64,000 nucleotides of DNA from Acidobacteriota bacterium (GCA_019244185.1 JAFATB010000026.1:1-64000), one strand, 5' to 3'. Counted from the stretch's first letter, positions 1 to 10,872 are shown. Notes: generated by a model from the sequence alone, not told the origin. Numbers and translations are program-made.

Positions 1-724
<724 letters not shown>

Positions 725-821
725 AAATGCCTTGATTTGATGTTGTCTGCAGCCCAAAAGCGTGCTCTCTTTCAGCACCCGCTGCCCGTATTCAATGCCT
801 CAACCAACCAGAAATTAAAGT

Positions 822-939
822 TTCCGGTGGTCATAGAGCAGAGGAAACACCCGTTCCCATTCCGAACACGGCAGTTAAGCTCTGCATCGCCGATGATACT
901 GCGCGGGCAACTGCGTGGGAAAGTAGGACGCCGCCGGGA
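822..939 (+). rRNA. rrf: 5S rRNA
   Basis: CACCCGTTCCCATTCCGAACACGGCAGTTAAG and GGGAAAGTAGG motifs; ends TCCGGTGG/CCGCCGGG pair; about 100 nt after the 23S gene. Confidence 0.96.
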
Positions 940-945
940 TAATAT

Positions 946-987
946 GAAAGGCCGCTCGAGATACCCTCGAGCGGCCTTTCGCTTTTC
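946..987 (+). terminator. Intrinsic terminator of the rRNA operon
   Basis: Perfect 15-bp stem GAAAGGCCGCTCGAG (946-960) / CTCGAGCGGCCTTTC (966-980), followed by GCTTTT. Confidence 0.85.
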
Positions 988-1014
988 CGGCGCCTGCTAT
1001 CATCGCGGCCCAGA

Positions 1015-2502
1015 GTGCACGCCGCAGTCGAGACGCCCGCCGGCCCCCGCCCGCCCGCCCGGCGCCTGGCCGTCTTCGCCGCAGCCCTCCTCCCGCGCGC
1101 GATCGTCGCGTTCCTCACCTTCGGCGCCGTCGACGCCGTCCACAACTTCCGCAATTTCCTCCTGCTCGTCGCCGGACGCGAGATCGTCACTCCCTACCTC
1201 CCCGGCATCGAGCTCGTGCTCTGGATCGAAGGCCTCCTCGGCTATCGCACCGCGCTCCCGGTGATGTTCGCCTGGAAGCTCCTGCCCGTTCTCTGTGACG
1301 CGCTGATCGCGCTCCTGCTCTATGACGCCGCCGCCGATGCGGCCACCGGCACGCGCCGCGCGCTGCTCTACGCGATCGCGCCCGTGCCGATCGTCGTCTG
1401 TGCGATCCATCCACAATGGGACAGCCTTTTTCTCTATCCGCTGCTCCTGGCCTTGATCGCCGTCGAGATTCCGTCGACGCGCGCCGCCGCGGTGGCCGGT
1501 GCCGCGCTCGTGTTGTCCATTGTGGCGAAACCGGTCGCCGCGCCGCTGGCGCTGTTCCTCTTCCCGCGCTCGCGCCGTGCCATTGTGGCGTTCCTCGCCG
1601 GCGCCGCGGCCACACTGCTCCTCTATGCGGCGCTGCTGTACGCGACCGGCCTCTTTCCGACGTTGGCGCGTGTGCGCGGCGTGCTGCAGTACGCCGCCGG
1701 AGGCGTGCAGGTCTTCGGACTGGCGTTCCGGCCGCACGACCGTTTCATTCCCGTCATCGCCGCGCTCGCGCTCTGTGCGTTCGTTTATTTTCGCGGCCGC
1801 TGCAGCCGCAATGAGGCGGTGCTGCTCTTCTTCGCCATCACCCTCGGCCTATCCGGGCTTTCCGTCCAATACCTCTGCTGGATCGTGCCGTTCGCGATCC
1901 TCTGCGATCGCCTGCGCTTCCTCGCGCTCTACAGCGCCGTCGCCGGGATCTTCTGTCTCTTCTATTACGAAGCGCCGGTCGTCAATCTGCCGCACATCGA
2001 CGATCTGGGCGCGTATGGTCTGCTGCACCCGTTCGGTGCCTTCGGGCCGCCGATGCCGCCGCTCTGGATCCGCGACGTCGTCCGGATCGACGGCAACATC
2101 CTCCTCCCGCTCCTTCTCCTCGGCTTCGCCGCCTGGCGCCTCGCGGCCATGCTCGCCGGCGGCGAGCGCGCGACCACGCCCGCACCCGAGCCGCATCTCG
2201 CGCGCTACGCCGCGCCCGCGGCCGCACTCCTGATCGCGCTCGCGGTCGGCGCGGCGTGGGCGGCCGCGCAGCCGCGCGTCGATCCCGACGCGTACGTCGT
2301 GCGCATCGAACAGAAGATCGAGGCCTACGACGTCGTGCGCTACCGCGGCCCCTCCGGCACGCCCGGCTCGAAGGTCTGGCTCGCGCGGAGCCTCGTCGAG
2401 CCCGAGCACGCGCATCGAGTCATCAACGTCACGACCGTCGGACTCGTGGCTGTCCTGCTGTCGGCGCTCGCGCCGCTGCTGCCGCGCAAGGTGGCGTCGT
2501 GA
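1015..2502 (+). CDS. Polytopic membrane protein, GT-C fold (GT87-like) glycosyltransferase, paralog 1
   Basis: Many hydrophobic segments; motifs FGAVDAV.NFRN, PYLPG, AIHPQWDS, AKP, QYL.W.VPF shared with paralogs 2 and 3; adjacent GT2. Confidence 0.65.
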   Translation: MHAAVETPAGPRPPARRLAVFAAALLPRAIVAFLTFGAVDAVHNFRNFLLLVAGREIVTPYLPGIELVLWIEGLLGYRTALPVMFAWKLLPVLCDALIALLLYDAAADAATGTRRALLYAIAPVPIVVCAIHPQWDSLFLYPLLLALIAVEIPSTRAAAVAGAALVLSIVAKPVAAPLALFLFPRSRRAIVAFLAGAAATLLLYAALLYATGLFPTLARVRGVLQYAAGGVQVFGLAFRPHDRFIPVIAALALCAFVYFRGRCSRNEAVLLFFAITLGLSGLSVQYLCWIVPFAILCDRLRFLALYSAVAGIFCLFYYEAPVVNLPHIDDLGAYGLLHPFGAFGPPMPPLWIRDVVRIDGNILLPLLLLGFAAWRLAAMLAGGERATTPAPEPHLARYAAPAAALLIALAVGAAWAAAQPRVDPDAYVVRIEQKIEAYDVVRYRGPSGTPGSKVWLARSLVEPEHAHRVINVTTVGLVAVLLSALAPLLPRKVAS

Positions 2503-3941
2503 AGCAGCGCCTGCTCGTCCTCGCCGCCGCGCTCGTGCCCCGCCTCGCGATCGGCTACGTCAACTTCGGCGCCGTCGACGCGGTCGTCAACTTCCGCAAC
2601 ACCGTGCGCCTGCTGCAGCATCTGCCGGTCGAGACGCCGTATCTCCCCGGCATCGAACTGTGGCTCTGGATCGCCAGCTCGCTCGCGTACTTTACGTCGC
2701 TCCCGGTGATGTTCCCGTACAAGCTCCTGCCGATCGCCTGCGACGCCGCGATCGCGCTGCTGCTCTACGAAGCTGCCAAAGATCGCCGCGACGGTTTGCG
2801 CGACGGACTGCTCTACGCGGTCGCGCCGATCGCCATCGCCATCAGCGCCATCCATCCGCAATGGGACAGCATCTGGATGCTCTTTCTGCTCGTCGCGCTT
2901 CTCGCCGCGCGCGACGAGCGCGATGCCTCCAGCGCCGTCGCCGGTGCGGCGCTCGTGCTCTCCGTCATCGCGAAGCCGGTCGCCGCGCCGCTCGCGCTGG
3001 TGCTGCTGCCGCGCACGCGGCGCGGCGTCGTTGCATTCCTTCTCGGCGCGTGCGGCGCCGGCGTCATGTACGCCAGCATCCTCGCCGCCACCGGCAACCT
3101 TCCGACGCTCGACGCGCTCGCCGGCATCGTGCGGTACGCCAGCGGCGGCGTGCGGCTCTTCGGGTTTCCCTATCGACCGTTCGATCGATTCTGGTCCGTC
3201 GTTGCGCTCGCGATCGGTGCGGCAATCCTGCGCATGACGAAGCGCGTCTCGCGCGACGAAGCGGTGCTCCTCGCGCTCACCGCGTCGCTCGCCGTCTCCG
3301 GCCTCTCCATCCAATATCTCCTCTGGCCGGTGCCGTTCGCGATCCTCGCCGGCCGCCGCCGTTTTCTCGCGCTCTACACGCTCGTCGCCGGCGCCTTCGT
3401 CGTGCTGTATTACGAAACGCCGATTCTCAACCTGCCGAACATGGAGAACCTCGGCGCCTACGGAATGCTGCGCCGCTTCGGCTGGCTCAGTCCTCCGCTG
3501 CCGCCGCGCGGCCTGCAGACGATCGAGCAACTCCTCGGCAACTACGCGATCCCGCTGCTCTGTCTCGCCTTCGTCGTCTGGCGCGTGACGAACGTTTTCC
3601 GCCGCGACGAACGCGCACCTGCACTCCCGCTCGCGCCGCTGCGCCGCGTCCTCGCGCCCGCGCTCGTGCTTCTCCTGTTGCTCGGATGCGCCACGCTCTG
3701 GGCCACGCGCAGGCCGCCGATGCGCGCCGATGCGTTCATCCAACGTGTCGTGCAGAAGATCGGCGCGTACGACGTCGTGCCGTACACCGGCGACCTCGTC
3801 GTGCGCCGCGGCAGCCGCATCTGGATCGCGCGCAGCTTCACCGACGCGAGCATTTCCGCGCCGCTGCACATCGTCCTCCTCGGCCTCGGCTGGGTCGCGG
3901 CATCGGCGGCGATGCTCATCCTTTATGATGTGCGCCGTTGA
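2499..3941 (+). CDS. Polytopic membrane protein, GT-C-like, paralog 2
   Basis: GTG start overlaps the upstream TGA (GTGA at 2499-2502); colinear similarity to 1015..2502. Confidence 0.65.
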   Translation: MKQRLLVLAAALVPRLAIGYVNFGAVDAVVNFRNTVRLLQHLPVETPYLPGIELWLWIASSLAYFTSLPVMFPYKLLPIACDAAIALLLYEAAKDRRDGLRDGLLYAVAPIAIAISAIHPQWDSIWMLFLLVALLAARDERDASSAVAGAALVLSVIAKPVAAPLALVLLPRTRRGVVAFLLGACGAGVMYASILAATGNLPTLDALAGIVRYASGGVRLFGFPYRPFDRFWSVVALAIGAAILRMTKRVSRDEAVLLALTASLAVSGLSIQYLLWPVPFAILAGRRRFLALYTLVAGAFVVLYYETPILNLPNMENLGAYGMLRRFGWLSPPLPPRGLQTIEQLLGNYAIPLLCLAFVVWRVTNVFRRDERAPALPLAPLRRVLAPALVLLLLLGCATLWATRRPPMRADAFIQRVVQKIGAYDVVPYTGDLVVRRGSRIWIARSFTDASISAPLHIVLLGLGWVAASAAMLILYDVRR

Positions 3942-4651
3942 TGACTGACCTCGCATCCGTCGTGCTCCTCGCGCACAACGAGGCCGCGACGATCCAGCGC
4001 GAGATTGCCGCATTTCACGAGACGGTCATCCGCCATCTGCCGCACGCGGAGTTCATCATCGCGGAGGACGGCAGTGCCGACGGCACGCGCGCGCTGATCG
4101 AGGAAATCCAGCCGCGCTACGGCTTCCGCATCACCGGCGCGCCGGAGCGGCTCGGCTATGCGCGCGCGGTGCGCAACGCCGTCGCGGCGTCGCACGGCGC
4201 GTTCCTCTTCATCTGCGACGCGGGCGAGAAGCACGACCCGGCGGACTTTTGGCGTTTGTGGGAGCGGCGCCACGACGCGGACGTCGTCATCGGCCGCAAG
4301 ACCAATCGCACCGATCAGTGGTATCGGCAGCTGATGACGTTCGCGCTCAACGTCTACATCCGCGCGCTCTTCGGCATCGACGCGCTCGACAGCGACAGCG
4401 GCATGCGCCTCTACAACCGCCGCGTCGCGGACGACGTCTTCAACGACGCGCTCTTTTTCCGCGGCTTCATCTCCACGGAGATCGTGCTGCGCGCGGCGGC
4501 GAAGGGGTTGCGCTTCCTCGAGGTGCCGGTGTCGTATCGCCAGCGCGAAGGGGAGTCCCGCGGCCTGCCGGTGCGCTCGATGCCGCGCGCGATCCGGCGA
4601 TTGCTCGCCGACAGCTGGCGGCTCAAGCGCGAGCTCGGAGGCCGGCTGTAG
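3941..4651 (+). CDS. GT2 glycosyltransferase (polyprenol-phosphate sugar synthase-like)
   Basis: VVLLAHNE, EDGSADGT, CDA, DSDSGMRLY and LEVPVSYRQREGES motifs typical of DPM-synthase-like GT2. Confidence 0.85.
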   Translation: MTDLASVVLLAHNEAATIQREIAAFHETVIRHLPHAEFIIAEDGSADGTRALIEEIQPRYGFRITGAPERLGYARAVRNAVAASHGAFLFICDAGEKHDPADFWRLWERRHDADVVIGRKTNRTDQWYRQLMTFALNVYIRALFGIDALDSDSGMRLYNRRVADDVFNDALFFRGFISTEIVLRAAAKGLRFLEVPVSYRQREGESRGLPVRSMPRAIRRLLADSWRLKRELGGRL

Positions 4652-5397
4652 TGGGCGAGCGTCCACACTATTACGAGGACCTCAACAAAGCGCTGCTGCG
4701 GTTGTGGGGCAGGCGCAGCGGATTGCGCGTGCTCGACGTCGGCTGCGGCTACGCGTCGACCTCGCAGCACATCGCGAGGCTCGGCAATGAGCTCGTCGGC
4801 ATCGAGCAGAATCCCGCGTCGGTCGCCGTGGCCAAGACGCGCATCGCGGAAGTCATCGCCTGCGATCTCGAAGACTACGCCGGCGTCGACACCGCGCTCG
4901 GCGAGCGGCGCTTCGATGTCGTCCTCTTCGCCGACGTTCTCGAACATCTGGTCTCGCCCGCGGCGGTGCTGCGGCATTACGCGCGCTACCTCTGCGGCGG
5001 TGGCACGGTCATCGTCTCGCTGCCGAATTTCGCGCTCTGGTCGATCCGTCTCGAAGTGCTGGCCGGGTTTCTCGTGTACGAGGACAGCGGCGTGCTCGAC
5101 AAGACGCACATCCGCTTCTTCACGCGGCGCACGGCGAAGGGGATGTTGCGCGACGCGGGGCTCGAGCCGATCCGCACGACGTACAACCCCGGGCTGCTGC
5201 GGCCGTTCGTGCCGCTGGCGAAACGCGTAGTGCTCGCGCGCGCGAACGAGCGCGAGAGCGATCGGCGCTTCCTCGTCGAATCGGGGCCGTACGCGTTCTA
5301 CCTCCGCTTTCTCTATCCGCTCGAGCACGCGATCGCGCGGCTCTGGCCGACGCTTCTGGCGTGGCAGATAGTCGTCGAATCGCGGAGACGCGCGTGA
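4651..5397 (+). CDS. Class I SAM-dependent methyltransferase
   Basis: VLDVGCG motif I, FDVVLFADVLEHL, VSLPN, LDKTHIRFFT; GTG start overlaps the upstream TAG. Confidence 0.85.
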   Translation: MGERPHYYEDLNKALLRLWGRRSGLRVLDVGCGYASTSQHIARLGNELVGIEQNPASVAVAKTRIAEVIACDLEDYAGVDTALGERRFDVVLFADVLEHLVSPAAVLRHYARYLCGGGTVIVSLPNFALWSIRLEVLAGFLVYEDSGVLDKTHIRFFTRRTAKGMLRDAGLEPIRTTYNPGLLRPFVPLAKRVVLARANERESDRRFLVESGPYAFYLRFLYPLEHAIARLWPTLLAWQIVVESRRRA

Positions 5398-6917
5398 AAC
5401 GCCTCGCCGTCTTCGCCACGGCGCTCGCGCTTCGCTGCACGCTCGCCGCGATCGCGTTCGGCTCCGTCGAGACAATCGCGAACTTTCGCGATACGGTGCG
5501 GCTCCTCTCGGGGTTCAAGATCGCGGCGCCGTACCTGCCGGCCGTCGAATTGTGGTTATGGGTCGGGAGCGTGATCTCGTACTCGACGAACCTGCCGGTC
5601 TCGTTCGCGCACAAGTTCCTGCCCGTTTTCTTCGACGCGCTGATCGCGCTGTTACTCTTCGACGCGGCGCGCGACGCGCGCATGGCGCTGCGGCACGGAC
5701 TGCTCTACGCGTTCGCCGTCGTGCCGATCATCGTCTGCGCGATCCAGCCGCAGTGGGACAGCGTCTTCGTCTACTTTCTCCTGCTCGCGCTCGTGCTGCT
5801 GCGCGACGGAAGCACGCGCGGCGACGCGTGCGCGGGCGCCGCGTGGACGCTCTCCGTGATCGCGAAGCCGCTGGCCGGACCGCTGATCATCCTGCTCGTG
5901 CCGAGGACGTGGCGCGGTGCGCGCGCGTTCGTCGGAGGCGTGGCCGTGACGTCGCTCGTTTACGGCGCGATCCTCGCCGCGAATCATGCGCTGCCGGGGC
6001 CGGCGGACTTTGTCGGGATCGCGTCGTATGCGAGTCGCGGCGTGCTGCTCTTCGGACTGCCGTACCGTCCGTGGAATCGCCTGGCGATGGTGCTGCTGAC
6101 GCTCGCCGTCGTCACCGCGCTGCACGCGTGGAAGAAGCTCGATCGCGAGACCTGCGTGCTGCTCTACTTCGCCGGCGCGATCGCCTTCTCCGGACTCTGT
6201 CCGCAATATCTGATGTGGCTCGTGCCGTTCGCGTTGCTGTGCGGACGCGAGCGCTTCGTCGCGGTCTACTCGCTCGCCGCCGGCGCGTTCCTCGTCTTCT
6301 TCTATCAGTGCCCTGTCGTGAATCTGCCGAACGGCGAGAACCTCGGCGCGCTCGCGTTGCTGCGTCCGCTCGGCGCGTTCAGTCCGCCGCTGCCGTCGCC
6401 CGCGATCCTGCCGTTCGTCCGCTTCCTCGGCAATCTCGCCGTGCCGCTGCTCTGCCTCGGGCTGCTCGCGTTCGAGCTCGTGCGCGCGTTCACGCGTCCG
6501 ACCGTCGAGGATCACGCGACGCCGCGACTGCGCACGCTCGTCGCGCCGCCGCTCCTCGCCGCGCTGATCTTCGGCGCCGCGACGTTGTGGGCCGTGCTAC
6601 AGCCGCCGCTGCGCGTCGAGCCGTTCATCCTGCGCATGCAGCGGAAGATCGGCGCCTACGACGTCGTACGGTGGAACGGTCCGAACATGATGCAGCGCGG
6701 CAGCAAGATCTGGGTCGCGCGGAGCTTCGTCGATCCGAATGCGGCGCATCCGGTCGCGAACATCGGGATGTTGCTGTTGGTGTGGACGGCGCTCGCCTCG
6801 CTGGCCGCGCTCAAAAAAAATCCCGCTTCCCTGGCCGGGGGAAGCGGGGCATCGCGCACGAGCGCGGCGGCTGGGTCGCTGCCCGATTCTCGAACGACAG
6901 CGACACCGTCAATCTAG
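5394..6917 (+). CDS. Polytopic membrane protein, GT-C-like, paralog 3
   Basis: GTGA overlap at 5394-5397; same motif series (PYLP, QPQWDS, AKP, QYLMWLVPF, NLGA). Confidence 0.65.
   Translation: MKRLAVFATALALRCTLAAIAFGSVETIANFRDTVRLLSGFKIAAPYLPAVELWLWVGSVISYSTNLPVSFAHKFLPVFFDALIALLLFDAARDARMALRHGLLYAFAVVPIIVCAIQPQWDSVFVYFLLLALVLLRDGSTRGDACAGAAWTLSVIAKPLAGPLIILLVPRTWRGARAFVGGVAVTSLVYGAILAANHALPGPADFVGIASYASRGVLLFGLPYRPWNRLAMVLLTLAVVTALHAWKKLDRETCVLLYFAGAIAFSGLCPQYLMWLVPFALLCGRERFVAVYSLAAGAFLVFFYQCPVVNLPNGENLGALALLRPLGAFSPPLPSPAILPFVRFLGNLAVPLLCLGLLAFELVRAFTRPTVEDHATPRLRTLVAPPLLAALIFGAATLWAVLQPPLRVEPFILRMQRKIGAYDVVRWNGPNMMQRGSKIWVARSFVDPNAAHPVANIGMLLLVWTALASLAALKKNPASLAGGSGASRTSAAAGSLPDSRTTATPSI
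6813..6848 (-). terminator. Intrinsic terminator downstream of metG, lying inside the 3' end of the convergent CDS
   Basis: 10-bp stem CCCGCTTCCC/GGGAAGCGGG followed on the minus strand by AT8. Confidence 0.75.
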
Positions 6918-6987
6918 TGCCGCATTCGCGCGGCGTCACCTGAATTCTGGAAAGCTCGTCGATTCGTCAGCGAACTTCGTTCAGTCA

Positions 6988-8976
6988 TCAGCGAACTTTC
7001 GTGCCGGCCGGCACGCTCGGATCGACGCTCAGCAGACTCGGCTCGCCGTCGATTGACGCCGCCAGCACCATGCCGTTCGACTCGATGCCCATCAGCTTGG
7101 CCGGCTGCAGGTTCGCCACGATCACGACCTTGCGTCCGACGAGCTCCTCCGGCGCGTACTTTGTGCCGATGCCGGCGACGATCGTGCGCTCGTCGGCGCC
7201 GGTGAAGACCGTCATCTTGATCAGCTTCTTCGATTTCGGCACGCGCTCCGCGGCGCGGATCTCCGCGACGCGCAGGTCCGTTTGCATGAACTGATCGATC
7301 GAGATCTTCGCGAGGTCCGGCGGCGCGGCCTGCGTCGTTTCGACCGGCGGACCCGATTCGGCCGCCGGTGCCGGTGCTGCTGCAGTCGTCGGCGGTGCGG
7401 AGGCAGCCGCCGGCGTTTCCGGTTTCGTCTCTTCCATCTTCTTCTCTCCGATGTATTGCGCAACGTCGATGCGCGGGAAGATCGGGTCGGCGACGCGCAG
7501 CGGGCGATTGGCCTCGAGGCCGCCCCACTGCAGCGCGCCGCGGTCGATCTTCTCCGGATCGGCGCCGAGCCGCGACAGCGCCTCGCGCGTCGAGCGCGGG
7601 ATGAACGGCGCCATCATCACCCACACGATCCGCAGCGCTTCGAGCGCGTCCCAGAGAATGCGCGACAGGGCATCGTCGGCGCCTTTCTCCTTGAAGTGCT
7701 TCCACGGCTCGCGCGTGACGATGTAGCTGTTGATCGCGTTCAGCAGTTCCCACACCGACTCGAGCGCGCGCTGGAACGCGAGGTTGTCCATGTGCTCGAG
7801 GTACTGCGGCACGACGGTACGCGTCATGTCGAGCAGGTCGTTCGTGAAGCAGCGCACCGGCGGCGTCTTGCCGCCAAAGTACGTGTCCGACATCTTGATC
7901 GCGCGCGACAGCGTGTTGCCGAGGTCGTTGGCGAGATCGGCGTTGTAGCGCGTGAGCAGCGACTGATCGGAGTAATCCTGATCCTGCCCGAACACCATCT
8001 CGCGCATGACGTAGTAGCGCAGCGCGTCGGGGCCGAAGTCGTCGAGGATGTTGTACGGCCGCACCACGTTGCCGAGCGACTTCGAGATCTTCTGCTGGTC
8101 GCGCAGCCACCAGCCGTGTCCGACGACGCGCTTCGGCGGCTCGATGCCGGCCGCCATCAGAAACGCCGGCCAGTAGACGGCGTGAAAGCGCACGATGTCC
8201 TTGCCGACCAGTTGTACGTCGGCCGGCCAGTACTGCTCGAGGGCGGCGTCTTCGGTGGTGCCGAAGCCGAGCGCGGAGATGTAATTCGTCAGCGCATCCA
8301 TCCAGACATAGATCACGTGATCCGGATTGCCGGGGAAGGGGATGCCCCACTTGATGGAACTACGGGAGATCGAAAGGTCCTTGAGTCCCTGTTCGACGAA
8401 CGCGACGACCTCGTTGAGGCGCGTCGGCGGCCAGACGAACTCGGGATGTTCGCGGTAGTGGGCGAGGAGCCGGTCCGCGTACGCGGAGAGCTTGAAGAAG
8501 TAGTTGCTTTCGGTCGTCCACTCGACTTTATGGCCGTCCGTATCCACGCCGTCCTTCACCTGATTCTCAGGGATGAACGTCTCTTCGTTCTGGCAGTACC
8601 AGCCCGAGTGCTCGCCGAGGTAGATGTCGGTCGGGTTGTGCTCCTGGATGCGGCGGATGAGCTCGAGCACGCCGAGGCGGTGGCGCTGTTCGGTCGTGCG
8701 AATGAAGTCGTCGTGGCTGATGTCGAGGCGCTTCCAGAGCTCGTGATGCGTCTTCACGACGCGGTCGGCGAGCTCGATCGGCTGGATGCCTTCCTTCGCG
8801 GCGGCGCGCTCGATCTTCTGACCGTGCTCGTCCGTGCCCGTGAGGAAGCGGACGTCGTCGCCCATGCGGCGGCGATGGCGCGCGATCACGTCGGCGACGA
8901 TGTTCTCGTACATGTGCCCGATGTGCGGGTCGTCGTTGACGTAGTGGATCGCGGTGGTGATGTAGAACTTGGTCAT
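6988..8976 (-). CDS. metG: Methionyl-tRNA synthetase with C-terminal tRNA-binding (Trbp111-like) domain
   Basis: YITTAI, PHIGH, LTGTDEHGQK, YVWMDAL, GKDIVRFH, KISKS; C-terminal RTIVAGI..VANLQPAKLMGIESNGM. Confidence 0.97.
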   Translation of the reverse strand: MTKFYITTAIHYVNDDPHIGHMYENIVADVIARHRRRMGDDVRFLTGTDEHGQKIERAAAKEGIQPIELADRVVKTHHELWKRLDISHDDFIRTTEQRHRLGVLELIRRIQEHNPTDIYLGEHSGWYCQNEETFIPENQVKDGVDTDGHKVEWTTESNYFFKLSAYADRLLAHYREHPEFVWPPTRLNEVVAFVEQGLKDLSISRSSIKWGIPFPGNPDHVIYVWMDALTNYISALGFGTTEDAALEQYWPADVQLVGKDIVRFHAVYWPAFLMAAGIEPPKRVVGHGWWLRDQQKISKSLGNVVRPYNILDDFGPDALRYYVMREMVFGQDQDYSDQSLLTRYNADLANDLGNTLSRAIKMSDTYFGGKTPPVRCFTNDLLDMTRTVVPQYLEHMDNLAFQRALESVWELLNAINSYIVTREPWKHFKEKGADDALSRILWDALEALRIVWVMMAPFIPRSTREALSRLGADPEKIDRGALQWGGLEANRPLRVADPIFPRIDVAQYIGEKKMEETKPETPAAASAPPTTAAAPAPAAESGPPVETTQAAPPDLAKISIDQFMQTDLRVAEIRAAERVPKSKKLIKMTVFTGADERTIVAGIGTKYAPEELVGRKVVIVANLQPAKLMGIESNGMVLAASIDGEPSLLSVDPSVPAGTKVR

Positions 8977-8991
8977 CGGCAGCGGCGTAGC

Positions 8992-9774
8992 CTACAGAAA
9001 ATCGTTGGCTGCGACCACCTTCATGCCGGGCATGTCCCGCGCCAATTGCTGGAGGATCGGCACGTGTCCCTGTCCGTAGAGGACGAGGATGCGATCGCCC
9101 GGCTGCGCCGCGCGCGCGAGGTTCGAGAAGATGCGTGCGTTGCGCGCGTACCAGCCGCCGAGCACGTCCGCGCCGACGTAGTTGCCCTCGCCGCCGACGC
9201 GCGCCATGCGGACGTACAGGCCGTGGCCGTACGCGAGCGTCGCGGGGTCGTTCATCCAGCGGAGGATGTCGCGGATGCTCTTCTCTTTCTGCATCGCGTT
9301 CTGCTTCGCGACGTACGAGTCCATGAACTGCTGCATGGTCTGCAGGAATGCGGGATCGCTCTTCTGCGCCTCGGCGACGACGGCGTCGAGATCCATGTCC
9401 GCCTTGCTGTCGATCGCGTAGAGATGGTCATGGCCGAGAAGCTGCGCGAGGCGGAAGCCGAGCTGCACGGTTTCGTCGCGGCTCGGCGCGAGCTTGCCGG
9501 CGCGGTAGTCGGCGTAACGCTGATCGAGCGCGGCGCTCTTGTCCGCCGGCCACTCGACGGCGATCTTCGTCGGATTGAACTTGCGGAGATGCTCGACGAC
9601 GTCGGCAATCTCTTTCTGCTTCGCGTCGGTGAGCACGTCGGCGACGTCGGTCTTCACGTAATCGAGGCCGGGATTCGCGAAGTGATACGTACCGACGAAG
9701 AGCACCTGGACGTCGTCCGCGGCGAAGGCGGTAGTGGCGGTGAAGAGCAGGAGCGCGAGAAACGCATGTCGCAT
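8992..9774 (-). CDS. Secreted conserved protein (DUF5694-like)
   Basis: Signal peptide; GTYHFANP, F.PTKIAVE, E..QLGFRLA, WYARN..I..N, GQGH motifs. Confidence 0.7.
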   Translation of the reverse strand: MRHAFLALLLFTATTAFAADDVQVLFVGTYHFANPGLDYVKTDVADVLTDAKQKEIADVVEHLRKFNPTKIAVEWPADKSAALDQRYADYRAGKLAPSRDETVQLGFRLAQLLGHDHLYAIDSKADMDLDAVVAEAQKSDPAFLQTMQQFMDSYVAKQNAMQKEKSIRDILRWMNDPATLAYGHGLYVRMARVGGEGNYVGADVLGGWYARNARIFSNLARAAQPGDRILVLYGQGHVPILQQLARDMPGMKVVAANDFL

Positions 9775-9781
9775 GGAGCGA

Positions 9782-10252
9782 CTATACGGCGTCGCGATGA
9801 TGGCGTTTCACCTGCACGATCAGGTAGACCACGATGGCCACGTTCACGACGAGCATGGCGATGCGCAGCGCGGTCACTTCCTTCACGATCTCGTAGATCT
9901 CGAACGGGATGAACGACGACGTGGCGATGATGGTGAGGTACTCGGCCCACAGCTTCTCGAGCCAGAGGCCAATGCCTTCCGTCGTGAAGAGCGCCGCGTA
10001 CGCGAACGCCGCGGCGGCGACGATCTCCTTGCGCGACGCCGGCATCGACAACACCATCCCGGTGAACTTGCGCGCGAGCTCGTGCGCCGGTGCGATCGTC
10101 AGCGCGTCCGCCCAATGCTCCAGCGTCTCCGCGGCCGATTGATGCAGCAGGCGCAGCGCGCCGACGCCGGCCGCGATCAGCAGCAGAGCTTTCGCGAAGC
10201 GGAAGAGCGCGATGAGCGCGAGCACGCGGTTGCGGCGCTGGCGTCCGGACAT
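9782..10252 (-). CDS. DUF2127-like membrane protein
   Basis: IALF..AKALL, YA.L...EG.GLW....WAEY, FIPFEIYE, VN..IVVYL. Confidence 0.8.
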   Translation of the reverse strand: MSGRQRRNRVLALIALFRFAKALLLIAAGVGALRLLHQSAAETLEHWADALTIAPAHELARKFTGMVLSMPASRKEIVAAAAFAYAALFTTEGIGLWLEKLWAEYLTIIATSSFIPFEIYEIVKEVTALRIAMLVVNVAIVVYLIVQVKRHHRDAV

Positions 10253-10300
10253 GCTCGGCAGCTCTGCGTCTGCCGTGCCCGACAGGAGTACGATAGCGCC

Positions 10301-10858
10301 ATGCGTCTGCGAAAGCTGCTCTTCTCCACCGTCGTCGTGTGTCTCGCCGCAACCGCGTACGCCGCGCCGGCGCTGGCCGAGGAAGCGTCGTCGCGCGATA
10401 CGACGCGGGAGAAGCTGCGCACGCTGCTCGCGGATGTCGGCAAACGTTCCGACGTCAACGCGGAGTTCCGTCAGAGCACGAAGCAGCCGTACAACTTCGT
10501 GGCGTCGATGGATGGCTTCGCGAACGCGGACTCGCTGGAGGTCGTCATCAGCGTCACGCAGAGTGACACGATCGGCTTCCGCGTCTATCCGCACTTCAAC
10601 GGCGGCTACATCAACATCGACAAAGCGAAGAACGGGCCGGCGCTGATGCGGCAGCTGCTGCATTACAGCGACACGAACTTCCTCTACTGGGGCGCCGACT
10701 CGACGAACGACGTCTTCTGCGGCTACACGTTCACGCTCGAATCGGGCTTCCCGCCCGAGGCGCTGACGGTCGTGCTGCGCAGCATCCGCGGGACCGATCG
10801 CTTCGTCGGCGAGCTGCGCCAGTACATCGACGGCTCGGCCGCCGGAAACGTGAAGTAA
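10301..10858 (+). CDS. Secreted hypothetical protein
   Basis: Signal peptide [21 protein letters not shown]; natural composition and codon usage. Confidence 0.7.
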   Translation: MRLRKLLFSTVVVCLAATAYAAPALAEEASSRDTTREKLRTLLADVGKRSDVNAEFRQSTKQPYNFVASMDGFANADSLEVVISVTQSDTIGFRVYPHFNGGYINIDKAKNGPALMRQLLHYSDTNFLYWGADSTNDVFCGYTFTLESGFPPEALTVVLRSIRGTDRFVGELRQYIDGSAAGNVK

Positions 10859-10872
10859 GCGGCGCCGCCCGC

